DNA from: an uncultured Chloroflexia bacterium
GTDB lineage: Bacteria; Chloroflexota; Limnocylindria; Limnocylindrales; CSP1-4
NCBI GenBank assembly: GCA_963720755.1
Contig: CAVRGP010000011.1
Location: 64,001-128,000, forward strand
DNA: 64,000 bases
Direction: 5' to 3'
The translations under genes and the position numbers were made by a program. Positions 46,461 to 57,560 of this stretch are shown in pieces; the first letter of the stretch is position 1; the number at the start of each line of letters is the position of its first letter. The notes under the pieces were generated by a model. The model did no database searches. It was not told where the DNA came from and saw only the letters and a program-made list of their open reading frames with translations.

Positions 46461-46542
46461 GTCTTGCCGCTCGCATGGCCCATCGCTACACTGCTCCGGG
46501 ACCCGGCTGCGGCTCCCGGACGCTCGAGGAGGCCCCGATCGC

Positions 46543-47049
46543 ATGCAGATCTACGAGGGCAGTGCGCGCCAGGATTTCGAGGAGGTCTTCCGCTCGATCG
46601 GCGCGTTCCTCGACCAGCGAGGCATGCGTGAGGTGCTGCTGCTCGAGGCGCCGGATGGGTTCATCGTCCAGGGCCTGGTGATCTCCGGGACCTCGACCGG
46701 GACCTGGTCGGACACGATGGGCACGGCGAACAAGGAGACCCTCACCTTCCTCGATGACGATATCGCCAGGTTCATGGAGGAAGCTGCGTCCCGCCGGGGG
46801 GCGCCGCCGGTCGCGGACGCGCGGATCATCGGCCACTACGAGGCCGCATTCCGGGTCATCGGTCGATACATGGACGACCAGAAGCCGCGGGACGTGTTCT
46901 TCTTCGAGCAGGATGGTGCGTTCGTCCTGCGGCTGCTGATGGGAGGCCAGGCCGGCAACAAGCATGTCCTCGCCGAATTCACCCGCGATGACATCGCCGA
47001 GATGATCAAGCGCGGGCCGAGCCTCCGCCATACGGAGGCCACCCCGTGA
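46543..47049 (+). CDS. Hypothetical protein with internal duplication
   Basis: GGAGG SD; two repeats of (F/Y)E..FR.IG..(L/M)D....R(E/D)V...E..(D/G).F...F..DDIA. Confidence 0.8.
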   Translation: MQIYEGSARQDFEEVFRSIGAFLDQRGMREVLLLEAPDGFIVQGLVISGTSTGTWSDTMGTANKETLTFLDDDIARFMEEAASRRGAPPVADARIIGHYEAAFRVIGRYMDDQKPRDVFFFEQDGAFVLRLLMGGQAGNKHVLAEFTRDDIAEMIKRGPSLRHTEATP

Positions 47050-47095
47050 TGCACGGCGTATCATCGACCCAGCCATCGCTCCAGGAGGTTCACCC

Positions 47096-47251
47096 ATGAG
47101 AGCCCTCAAGACCGTCGCCGTCGCGCTGGGGATCACCCTTGCGGCCCTGATCGTCATCCCACTCGCAGTCCTGGCCGGACTCTTCGTCTGGCTCAAGGTC
47201 ACCGAGGAGGACGACGAAGAGCTGCTTGAGCTCGATCAGGAAAGCGCCTGA
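47096..47251 (+). CDS. Small membrane protein (51 aa), absent from the ORF track
   Basis: TATCAT -10 and AGGAGG SD; MRALKTVAVALGITLAALIVIPLAVLAGLFVWLKVTEEDDEELLELDQESA. Confidence 0.75.
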   Translation: MRALKTVAVALGITLAALIVIPLAVLAGLFVWLKVTEEDDEELLELDQESA

Positions 47252-47310
47252 CCAGCACCGACCCCGTCGCCCAGCCACCCGAGACGCCCGCCGGACCGGC
47301 GGGCGTCGGA

Positions 47311-48276
47311 GTGTCCGGCACCAGGGCCACGGTCCGCCCGAACGAGTCGACCGCCCGTGAGCGGCGGCTGGCCGAACTCGCGGCGCTCGTCGTCATGGTG
47401 TTCTGGGCCGCCAACTTCATCGTGGTCAAGGGGGCGATCGGCATCCTGCCGCCGGTCGGCTTCACCTTCCTGCGATACACCGTTGCGGCGATCACCCTGG
47501 TCGTTCTTCTCCGAGTGCGGGAGGGCGCGATCCGCCTCCCTCGCGGCGATGTCGGACGGATCCTCCTGCTCGGGGTCGTCGGGTTCGGCTGCTATCAGAT
47601 CCTTTGGACGGTCGCCCTGCAGGGCGTCCCGGCCGGCGACTCGGCGCTGCTGATCGCCACCACGCCGGTGATGACCGCGCTGCTCGCCATGGCGATCGGG
47701 ATGGACACGCCCAACGCGGTCAAGCTGATCGGGGCGTTCGTGTCGTTCGCCGGGGTCGGGATGGTCATCGCCGCCGGGCAGCGGATCGATATCGGGGCAT
47801 CGATCGGCGGAGACCTGCTGACGCTGGTGGCCGCCGCATGCTGGGCGACCTATACGGTGTTCGGCGCCCGGATCCTGCGCCGCCACTCACCGCTCGTGAC
47901 CACGACCTGGGCGATCGTGGCCGGGACCGTGTTCATGGCACCGATCGGGATCGCTCAACTCGCGTCCTCGGACTTGTCAGGGTTCGGCTGGCCGGTCGTC
48001 CTCGCGATCCTCTATTCGGGGACGCTCGCCGCCGGCTTTGCCAACGTCATCGTCTTCCACGCCGTGAAACTCCTCGGCCCGACCCGGGTGACGGCGCTCC
48101 AGTTCCTCGTCCCGGCGCTCGCGGTGGTGATGGCCGCGGTGTTCCTGGCCGAGCCGATCCGTCCGATCCAGGTCATCGGCGGGCTGGTCATCCTGGCCGG
48201 GGTCGCGTTGCTCCGGCGTGGCGCGTGGCCGACTGGGGGCCGCGTGCGTCGGGTCATCGGCGGGCATCCGCGATGA
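47311..48276 (+). CDS. EamA/DMT transporter (possible CUG start at 47248)
   Basis: FWAANF..VK, GDLLTLVAAACWA, LVP...AVFLAE; about 10 TM. Confidence 0.88.
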   Translation: MSGTRATVRPNESTARERRLAELAALVVMVFWAANFIVVKGAIGILPPVGFTFLRYTVAAITLVVLLRVREGAIRLPRGDVGRILLLGVVGFGCYQILWTVALQGVPAGDSALLIATTPVMTALLAMAIGMDTPNAVKLIGAFVSFAGVGMVIAAGQRIDIGASIGGDLLTLVAAACWATYTVFGARILRRHSPLVTTTWAIVAGTVFMAPIGIAQLASSDLSGFGWPVVLAILYSGTLAAGFANVIVFHAVKLLGPTRVTALQFLVPALAVVMAAVFLAEPIRPIQVIGGLVILAGVALLRRGAWPTGGRVRRVIGGHPR

Positions 48277-49085
48277 TCCCGGCCGGTGGGGTGGCGCCGC
48301 CGGTGGCCGCCCTGCTCCCGGGGGAGTTGCCGCTGGCCATCCTGGTCGACTATGACGGGACCGTGGCCCTGACCGATGTCTCGGACACGGTGATGGCGGA
48401 GCATATGCCCGGCGCCTGGGAGGCGGAAGTCGCGGCCTATGACGCGGGTCTGGCCGGTTCGCGCCGGCTCATGGAATTCGAGATCGGGCTGGTCGACGTT
48501 CCCGAGGCCGACCTGCTCGCGACGGCGGCCGCGCAACCACACGACCCGGGTTTCGTACCGTTCGTCCGTCGGGCTCAGGCGGCTGGTATCCCGGTCGAGG
48601 TCGTGTCGGACGGGTTCGGGTTCTTCATCGAGCCGGCTCTCGAGGCGCTCGGCGTCCCGGAGTTGCCGGTGGTCACCGCCCGGACCACCTTCTCCGGCCT
48701 TCGCGCGTCGATCGCGTTCCCCAACGGCAACCCGACATGCCGCGTCTGCGGCACCTGCAAGCGGGATCGGGTGCTGGCCCATCAGGCGGCCGGACGGACG
48801 GTCGTGTTCATCGGCGACGGCGAGTCCGATCGGTACGCGGCGGGATATGCCGATGTGGTCTTCGCGAAGCGGTCGCTGGTCCGGATCTGCATCGAGGCGG
48901 GTTGGCCGTTCCTGCGCTGGACCGAGTTCCGCGAGATCGAGACCTGGTTGGGCGACGTGATCGCCATGTGGCGGGACGATCCCGACTCGCTTTCAGCGTC
49001 GTCCGCTCGGCCCGTGTTCTGCGGCCCCGAGGTGTGGGGCGGGGGACTCGAGGATCCGCCGCCGGGGAGTTGGCCGCCCGGCTGA
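48273..49085 (+). CDS. HAD-IB phosphatase (MtnX-like)
   Basis: DYDGT, VVSDG, CRVCGTCK, FIGDGESD, VFAK; ATGA overlap. Confidence 0.85.
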   Translation: MIPAGGVAPPVAALLPGELPLAILVDYDGTVALTDVSDTVMAEHMPGAWEAEVAAYDAGLAGSRRLMEFEIGLVDVPEADLLATAAAQPHDPGFVPFVRRAQAAGIPVEVVSDGFGFFIEPALEALGVPELPVVTARTTFSGLRASIAFPNGNPTCRVCGTCKRDRVLAHQAAGRTVVFIGDGESDRYAAGYADVVFAKRSLVRICIEAGWPFLRWTEFREIETWLGDVIAMWRDDPDSLSASSARPVFCGPEVWGGGLEDPPPGSWPPG

Positions 49086-49125
49086 CCCGGCCCCAGCTTC
49101 AAGATCGACGAGAGCTTGGCCGCGC

Positions 49126-49719
49126 TCAGTCCTGGTCCCAGCGCTCCCAGCGAGCGAACGCCTCGAAAGGCACCCAGCCCCGCTTCAGGGACGGTGATCG
49201 GACGTCCGGGAGCGGTTTGCCGACCGGCATGACCCCGATCGGGACGAACTCGTCCGGGATCCCGAGGTACGCGCGCAGACCGTCGATGTCAGGCCCCACG
49301 AAGCCGCACCCAAGCCCCTCGTTCACCGCCGCCAGCATGATGTTCTGCATCGTCGCCCCGATATCGACGAACCAGAACGGGACGGGCCACTCGATCTCCG
49401 TGCCGTCGTCCCGGACCTTGTCCGGTTCCTGGTACCGACGGTGGTAGTTCGCCTCGCTCACGCATGGGATGAACTGGGCGGCGCACCCACTGATCCACGG
49501 CCCGAAGTCGGCTTCGTACTCGTCCTCGCCGCAGATCCGGGCGACTTCCCGACGACGGTCCCGGTCGGTCACGATCAGCAGCCGCTGGCCCTGGCTGAAC
49601 CCGGCCGAAGGCGTGCGCTGCGCGAGCCGGGCGATCCGCTCGAGGACGGCGCGGTCCACACCACCCTCCTCGAATCGACGGACGGCTCGACGCTTCATGA
49701 CGACATCGACGAATTCCAA
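49126..49719 (-). CDS. Nitroreductase family protein
   Basis: KRRAVRRF, PSAGFSQ, DIGATMQNIMLAAVNEGLG. Confidence 0.88.
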   Translation of the reverse strand: MEFVDVVMKRRAVRRFEEGGVDRAVLERIARLAQRTPSAGFSQGQRLLIVTDRDRRREVARICGEDEYEADFGPWISGCAAQFIPCVSEANYHRRYQEPDKVRDDGTEIEWPVPFWFVDIGATMQNIMLAAVNEGLGCGFVGPDIDGLRAYLGIPDEFVPIGVMPVGKPLPDVRSPSLKRGWVPFEAFARWERWDQD

Positions 49720-49764
49720 CGTGACTCTCCCAAGGGCTCGGCGACGGCCGACAGACTTCGTGGA

Positions 49765-50142
49765 TCAGGCAGGCAGCACGTTCGTCCCATACGCCGCGAA
49801 CACGTCATCGCGGCTGACGACCAAGGCACCGACCCGATCCGCCTGGGCGACGAGCATCCGGTCGAACGGATCGCGGTGGTGCGCCGGGAGCGCGCCGGCG
49901 CGTTCGGCGTCGTCGCCCGTTATCGGCAGCACGGCGAAGCCGGCCTCGTCGCAGGCGGCCGTCAGGCCGACCGGTGCGGCGAGCTTGCCAAGGGCTCGTT
50001 TGATCGCGATCTCCCAGATGCTCGCGGAGGACACGAGGACGTCGTTGGCCGGATCGGCGATCGCCGAACGAGCAGCTGGATGAAGGTTCGGGTCATCGGC
50101 GAGCCACCACAGCACGGCGTGCGCGTCCAGCAGCAGGATCAC
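49765..50142 (-). CDS. vapC: PIN-domain (VapC) toxin
   Basis: LLDAHAVLWW, SSASIWEIAIK, HRDPFDRMLVAQA; GTGA overlap with the antitoxin. Confidence 0.9.
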   Translation of the reverse strand: MILLLDAHAVLWWLADDPNLHPAARSAIADPANDVLVSSASIWEIAIKRALGKLAAPVGLTAACDEAGFAVLPITGDDAERAGALPAHHRDPFDRMLVAQADRVGALVVSRDDVFAAYGTNVLPA

Positions 50143-50375
50143 GACTCGAAGGCGTCCAGGAGAGTCTCGTCCGACTGGTCGAAATCGGGCGAGACCCGGA
50201 CCTGACCGCGCCACAACCCGGGCACTCGTGGGCTGGTCCGTGCTCTGAACGGGACGAGCCGTGCGACCGGTCGACCCGCCCGCGCGATGACGACTTCCTC
50301 GCCGGTCTCGACACGTTCGATCAGCCGCGACAGGTGGGTCTTGGCCTCGTGGATGTTCACGGACGACTCGGTCAT
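50139..50375 (-). CDS. Phd/YefM-family antitoxin
   Basis: VNIHEAKTHLSRLIERV..GEEVVIARAGRPVARLVP. Confidence 0.92.
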   Translation of the reverse strand: MTESSVNIHEAKTHLSRLIERVETGEEVVIARAGRPVARLVPFRARTSPRVPGLWRGQVRVSPDFDQSDETLLDAFES

Positions 50376-50381
50376 GCTTCG

Positions 50382-50410
50382 ACGGTACGAGGTTAGTCCA
50401 TGTTAGTCAA
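50382..50410 (-). promoter_or_regulatory. TA operon promoter with tandem operator repeats
   Basis: TTGACT-N17-TACCGT-N6-ATG; GACTAAC repeated twice across the -35 box and spacer. Confidence 0.75.
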
Positions 50411-50467
50411 CCAACGCGACGACCAAGGCTCGGCGGTCGTCAACCGGCGTGCCGGGCCGGTTTCGGG

Positions 50468-50496
50468 TTGCCCCGGGGCACCGTTTCCGATAGCAT
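50468..50496 (+). promoter_or_regulatory. pyrG promoter
   Basis: TTGCCC-N17-TAGCAT, followed by A5C5-GGAGG. Confidence 0.65.
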
Positions 50497-50521
50497 CAGA
50501 AAAACCCCCGGAGGACCCTGA

Positions 50522-52886
<2,365 letters not shown>

Positions 52887-52937
52887 CGACCAGCGTAGAA
52901 TCCGTCGAACCCGACCCTCCCACCTGGAGCCTGCCGT

Positions 52938-53600
52938 ATGAAGATCTTCCTGGACACCGCCGACATCGAAGAGATCCGGACCGCCGCTCGATGGGGCGTG
53001 CTGGACGGCGTCACGACCAATCCGACGCTCTACGCCAAGGTCGGTGGCTCGTACGATTCGATCCTCCAGGAGGTCTGCCAGATCACCTCGGGACCCGTCT
53101 CCGCCGAGTGCGTCAGCGATGACGTCGAGGGCATGCTCGAGGAGGGACGGCACTTCGCCAAGCTCGCCCCGAACATCGTGGTCAAGGTCGCGATGTCGGA
53201 GAACGGCCTCGAGGCGATCAGCCGCTTCGCCGAAGAGGGGATCAAGACGAACTGCACCCTGATCTTCACGGCCAATCAGGGTCTGCTGGCCGCGAAGGCC
53301 GGCGCGTCGCTCATCTCCCCGTTCGTCGGCCGGCTTGACGACATCAACCAGGACGGGATGATCGTCATCCGCGAATTGGCCGAGATCTTCGCGATCCATG
53401 AGATCGAATCGGAGGTCCTCGCGGCCTCGATCCGCAATCCGCTGCACATGACCCAGGCAGCCTTGGCCGGCGCCCACATCGCGACCCTGCCGTTCAAGGT
53501 CCTCCAGCAGATGGTCCACCACCCCCTCACCGACAAGGGCATCGTCCAGTTCAAGAAGGACTGGCAGGCGGCACGCGAGGCGGCGGCCGCCAAAGCCTGA
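52938..53600 (+). CDS. tal: Transaldolase / fructose-6-phosphate aldolase (short type)
   Basis: IFLDTA, GVTTNP, NIVVK, NCTLIF, SPFVGRLDD, ASIR, HPLTDKG. Confidence 0.93.
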   Translation: MKIFLDTADIEEIRTAARWGVLDGVTTNPTLYAKVGGSYDSILQEVCQITSGPVSAECVSDDVEGMLEEGRHFAKLAPNIVVKVAMSENGLEAISRFAEEGIKTNCTLIFTANQGLLAAKAGASLISPFVGRLDDINQDGMIVIRELAEIFAIHEIESEVLAASIRNPLHMTQAALAGAHIATLPFKVLQQMVHHPLTDKGIVQFKKDWQAAREAAAAKA

Positions 53601-53641
53601 CCCGATCGGACCGGCGCGGTCGGTCTACCTCGTTGGGTCTC

Positions 53642-54610
53642 TCAGGCAACCGAGCGATTGAGCCGTCTGAAGATCGGCCGGAATCCGATACTCGGCCAGG
53701 CTCGTGACGACAGCAGGTTCGTCTCGCGCCAGTCGGTCACGACCGTCTCGTGACCGGCATCGCGTGCCCAGAGCAGGACCGCCTCACCGAGCGCCCTGCC
53801 TGCACCGAGCCCCCGCGCCTCAGGCAGGACGGCCGCGAATCCAAGGAAGCCGGCGCCCGGTGGCCGAACGATCCCGTAGTGCTCGGATGAGACCTCCACA
53901 GCGCAGCCGATCGCGGAGCCGATGACCGCTCCGTCGTACTCCGCGACGAACCAGCTGTAGGCGGGATCGTCGAAGTCGTCCTCCATCTCGCGGGCCGTCT
54001 CCTCGAGGTCGGGCAGCGGCACGTCCGAGAAGACCGGCGACCGGCGCTGATGCTCCGGCAGCACGATCTCGAGTCGGGCGAGGACCGGGATGTCGGCACG
54101 TTCGGCGCGCCGGATGCGCACACCGCGGCGCGGCTGGAGGGCCTCATCAGGAGCGGCGGCGGGACGGATCGCGTGGACATGCTGTTGCCCGAACCCGACC
54201 CGGAACCAGGCATCGATGAGATCCGGTTCGTCGGCCGGGACGATGACCGAGTGACTCGTGGCACCCGCCTCGACCCACTCGGCCGCCGCGAGGCCGTACA
54301 GGTCTCGAACGATCTCGGGCTCGATGGCGGCCGATCCGGCGCCCTCGACGAACATGTTCGGACCCCACACCGGCTTTCGTGGGGCCCCGACCAGGTAGCC
54401 GACCACCTCGTCGCCTCGGACGGCGACGAAGCCGGAGGCGCCGGCCCGCGCGAGCAGCTCCTCGATCTCGGCTCGCGCGACCGTCGGATCCTCGTACATG
54501 GCCGACAGTTCGGGGACCGTCCGTCGCTGTCGTCCATGCCGGTCCGACAGCAGCACTCCGGCCGCATCCAGGTCGTCGGCGGTGATGGCGCGGATGGTCT
54601 GCGATCTCAT
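53642..54610 (-). CDS. GNAT acetyltransferase (tandem domains)
   Basis: AVLPEARGLGAGRAL, TDWRETNLLSSRAW..GF. Confidence 0.85.
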   Translation of the reverse strand: MRSQTIRAITADDLDAAGVLLSDRHGRQRRTVPELSAMYEDPTVARAEIEELLARAGASGFVAVRGDEVVGYLVGAPRKPVWGPNMFVEGAGSAAIEPEIVRDLYGLAAAEWVEAGATSHSVIVPADEPDLIDAWFRVGFGQQHVHAIRPAAAPDEALQPRRGVRIRRAERADIPVLARLEIVLPEHQRRSPVFSDVPLPDLEETAREMEDDFDDPAYSWFVAEYDGAVIGSAIGCAVEVSSEHYGIVRPPGAGFLGFAAVLPEARGLGAGRALGEAVLLWARDAGHETVVTDWRETNLLSSRAWPSIGFRPIFRRLNRSVA

Positions 54611-54620
54611 CGATCCATCG

Positions 54621-55760
54621 TCATGCGGCGTCGTGGATCCAGACGCCGTCTCGCATCACGCGCCGGACGTGGAAGTCGTCGGTGAGCTCGACCAGGTCGG
54701 CCCGCTGCCCGACCGCGATCCGCCCGCGATCCTCGATCCCGATCAGCTTGAGCGGGTTGCGGCTGGCGGCGGCCACGACTGCGGGGATCGAGACGCCGGC
54801 GTTCGCGAGGTTCCGGACCGCCTCGTCGAGACCGATGACCGATCCGGCCAGCGTGGTCGTCCCGACGACGGTCGAGCGGATCCCGCGGACCTCGACCTCG
54901 AGACCGCCGACCATCGCCCGGCCGTCGCCGACACCGGCCAGGCTGATGGCGTCGCTGACCAACACGAGCCGATCGACGGGCTTCAGCCGGGTGATGAGCG
55001 GCCACAGCGCCGAATCGACATGGAGCCCGTCGGCGATCAGTTCGACGAAGTTCGTGTCGTCGAGCAGGGCGGCCAGAGCCAGGCCAGGCGCGCGATGGTC
55101 GAGTCCGACCATGGCATTGAACAGGTGCGTCGTCGATGTCGCTCCGGCCGCGAATCCAGCTTGCGCCTCGGCGAAGGATGCCGCGGAGTGCCCCAGCGAT
55201 ACGGCGACGCCGCGCCCATGGAGCCAGCCGATCAGCTCGAGCGCGCCCGGCCGTTCCGGGGCGATCGTCACCAGCCGAAGGCCGTCGAGCAGGGGTTCGA
55301 GATCACGGTGCGGGATGTCCGCCGGGTCTCGCAGGTCGGCTGGATCGTGGGCCCCGCGACGCGCCTCGGCAAGGAACGGACCTTCGAGGTTGAAGCCGAG
55401 CGGTTGCGCGCCATCGATCGGGGCGCTCCGCAGACGACCGCGGACGCGCCCGGCGAAGGCAACCAGGGTCTCGATCGGGGCGGTCACCGCGGTCGGCAGG
55501 AACGACGTCACGCCATGCTGCACGAGGTGACGCGCGACGCCATCGAGCTCGTCCGAGTCGCCCATCGCGTCGTGGCCACCGCCGCCGTGGACGTGGACGT
55601 CGACGAACCCCGGGGCGACGTACGGCGCGCCAGGCGCGTCGACGGAGCGCTCGAAGTCGATATCGACGATCCGGCCATCGTCGACGGAGATGCGGCCGGT
55701 CGCGACTCGATCGTCGAGGACCAGGCGACCGACGACCTCGATCGGAGCACGTCGTGACAT
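54621..55760 (-). CDS. nagA: N-acetylglucosamine-6-phosphate deacetylase
   Basis: PGFVDVHVHG, GVTSFLPT, LEGPFL..RGAH, GHS, THLFNAM, IADGLH, LAGS. Confidence 0.93.
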   Translation of the reverse strand: MSRRAPIEVVGRLVLDDRVATGRISVDDGRIVDIDFERSVDAPGAPYVAPGFVDVHVHGGGGHDAMGDSDELDGVARHLVQHGVTSFLPTAVTAPIETLVAFAGRVRGRLRSAPIDGAQPLGFNLEGPFLAEARRGAHDPADLRDPADIPHRDLEPLLDGLRLVTIAPERPGALELIGWLHGRGVAVSLGHSAASFAEAQAGFAAGATSTTHLFNAMVGLDHRAPGLALAALLDDTNFVELIADGLHVDSALWPLITRLKPVDRLVLVSDAISLAGVGDGRAMVGGLEVEVRGIRSTVVGTTTLAGSVIGLDEAVRNLANAGVSIPAVVAAASRNPLKLIGIEDRGRIAVGQRADLVELTDDFHVRRVMRDGVWIHDAA

Positions 55761-55834
55761 GGAAACCTCTCGATCGCTGCGTCGAGTGACGCCGTCAGTA
55801 TGTCGATCCCGATGGTCGGCTGCAGCGATGGTCA

Positions 55835-55863
55835 TTGACGACCGTTCGACTGCGGTCTATGCT
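55835..55863 (+). promoter_or_regulatory. rho promoter
   Basis: TTGACG-N17-TATGCT, followed by a C-rich leader. Confidence 0.7.
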
Positions 55864-55953
55864 CCCATCATCCCGACCGGCACCCGCGCTGCGGCTGCGA
55901 TTCCGCGCGCACCATCGCCCGGTCATCCCCTCACCCGCAGGTGACCCCTCCAT

Positions 55954-57342
55954 ATGCCCGGACCAGGCCCAGACCAGCGACAACGCAACCGCCGACCACG
56001 TCGACGCGCGCCCGTCAGCGGCGGACGCGCGCCCGTCACCGAATTCGAAGAGCAGCAGGAACTCGAGGCTGCCCGCCAGCGCAATGACCTGGAGGTCGCC
56101 GACCTTCGCGAGATGAGCGTCGCCGAACTCCGCGAGGTGTCCCGCGATCTCGAGGTCGAGGCGTCCAGCGGTGAACGCAAGGACGTGCTCGTCGATCTCA
56201 TCCTGCAGCGACAGACGGAGCGTGCCGGCCACGACTATGCGACCGGCATCCTCGATATCGTCGACGAGGGGTTTGGTTTCCTGCGCCGTCATGGCCTCCT
56301 GCCGAGCCCGGAGGACGTCTATGTCAGCTCGAGCCAGGTCCGTCGGTTCGGTCTCCGGATCGGCGACCGCGTCTCTGGCGCGGTGCGCGCGCCCCGCGAA
56401 GCCGAGAAGTACTGGGGGATGCTCCGGGTCGACTCGGTCAACGGGGTGGACACGGAAACGGCTCGTCGCCGCCCGGTCTTCGCCGATCTGACGCCGGTCC
56501 ATCCGGATGTCCTGATCAACCTGGAAACGGACTCGAAGAACCTCAGCCAGCGGCTGATCAACCTGGTCAACCCGATCGGGAAAGGTCAGCGCGCCCTCAT
56601 CGTCAGTCCGCCCAAGGCGGGCAAGACGATGCTGCTCAAGCAGATCGCCAACGGCGTCAGCGCCAACTACCCGGAGATCCTCCTGATGGTCGCCCTCATC
56701 GGCGAGCGGCCCGAGGAGGTCACCGACATGCGCCGCAGCGTCAAGGGCGAGGTCATCAGCTCGACGTTCGACGAGCCGACCGAGAACCACACTCATGTCG
56801 CGGAGATGGCGCTGGAGATCGCCAAGCGCCAGGTCGAGACGGGGCGTGACGTCGTCATCCTGCTCGACTCGATCACCCGTCTGGCCCGGGCCTACAACCT
56901 CGCTCTCCCGCCATCGGGGCGCACCCTTTCGGGTGGCCTGGATCCGATCGCGCTCTATCCGCCCAAGCGGTTCTTCGGGGCCGCCCGGAACATCGAAGAG
57001 GGTGGCTCGCTCACGATCATCGGAACGTGCCTGGTCGATACCGGTTCGCGGATGGACGATGTCATCTACGAGGAATTCAAGGGGACCGGCAACTCGGAAC
57101 TCATCCTCGACCGGAAACTCGCCGAGAAGCGGATCTACCCGTCGATCGATGTCCAGCGGTCGGGCACCCGTCGCGAGGAACTCCTCCTCGAAGAAGGGAC
57201 CCTCAAGATGGTCTGGACGATGCGCCGGATGCTGTCCGCGGTCGGGGCCAATGAGGGGATCGAGATCCTCCTCAACCGGCTGGCCAAGACCGAATCCAAC
57301 GCCGAATTCCTGTCTTCGCTGACCAAGAGTCTCGACGCCTGA
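55954..57342 (+). CDS. rho: Transcription termination factor Rho
   Basis: [62 protein letters not shown]. Confidence 0.98.
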   Translation: MPGPGPDQRQRNRRPRRRAPVSGGRAPVTEFEEQQELEAARQRNDLEVADLREMSVAELREVSRDLEVEASSGERKDVLVDLILQRQTERAGHDYATGILDIVDEGFGFLRRHGLLPSPEDVYVSSSQVRRFGLRIGDRVSGAVRAPREAEKYWGMLRVDSVNGVDTETARRRPVFADLTPVHPDVLINLETDSKNLSQRLINLVNPIGKGQRALIVSPPKAGKTMLLKQIANGVSANYPEILLMVALIGERPEEVTDMRRSVKGEVISSTFDEPTENHTHVAEMALEIAKRQVETGRDVVILLDSITRLARAYNLALPPSGRTLSGGLDPIALYPPKRFFGAARNIEEGGSLTIIGTCLVDTGSRMDDVIYEEFKGTGNSELILDRKLAEKRIYPSIDVQRSGTRREELLLEEGTLKMVWTMRRMLSAVGANEGIEILLNRLAKTESNAEFLSSLTKSLDA

Positions 57343-57560
57343 TCTGGACGGGCGTCCGCCCACCAGGGCACCCGGAGCCTCGGTTGCCCGTCTCGCAACC
57401 TTCGTGATAGGGTTGCCGATGATGTCGTGAACCCGTTCCCACGGGAACCGACCGCGAAGAGAGACCCCAACTCGATATCGCGACCAGGGCGGTCCGCCCC
57501 CGAGCCTTTCCCCCGCGACTCCGCGCGACACAAGGGACCGTCCGATGCCAGGAGACCGTA

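Noticed and set aside
57343-57560. c-di-AMP (ydaO) riboswitch
   Set aside because: Conserved GCUGAAUCC, GGGGACCC and CCCGUCAGCUAAC elements are absent
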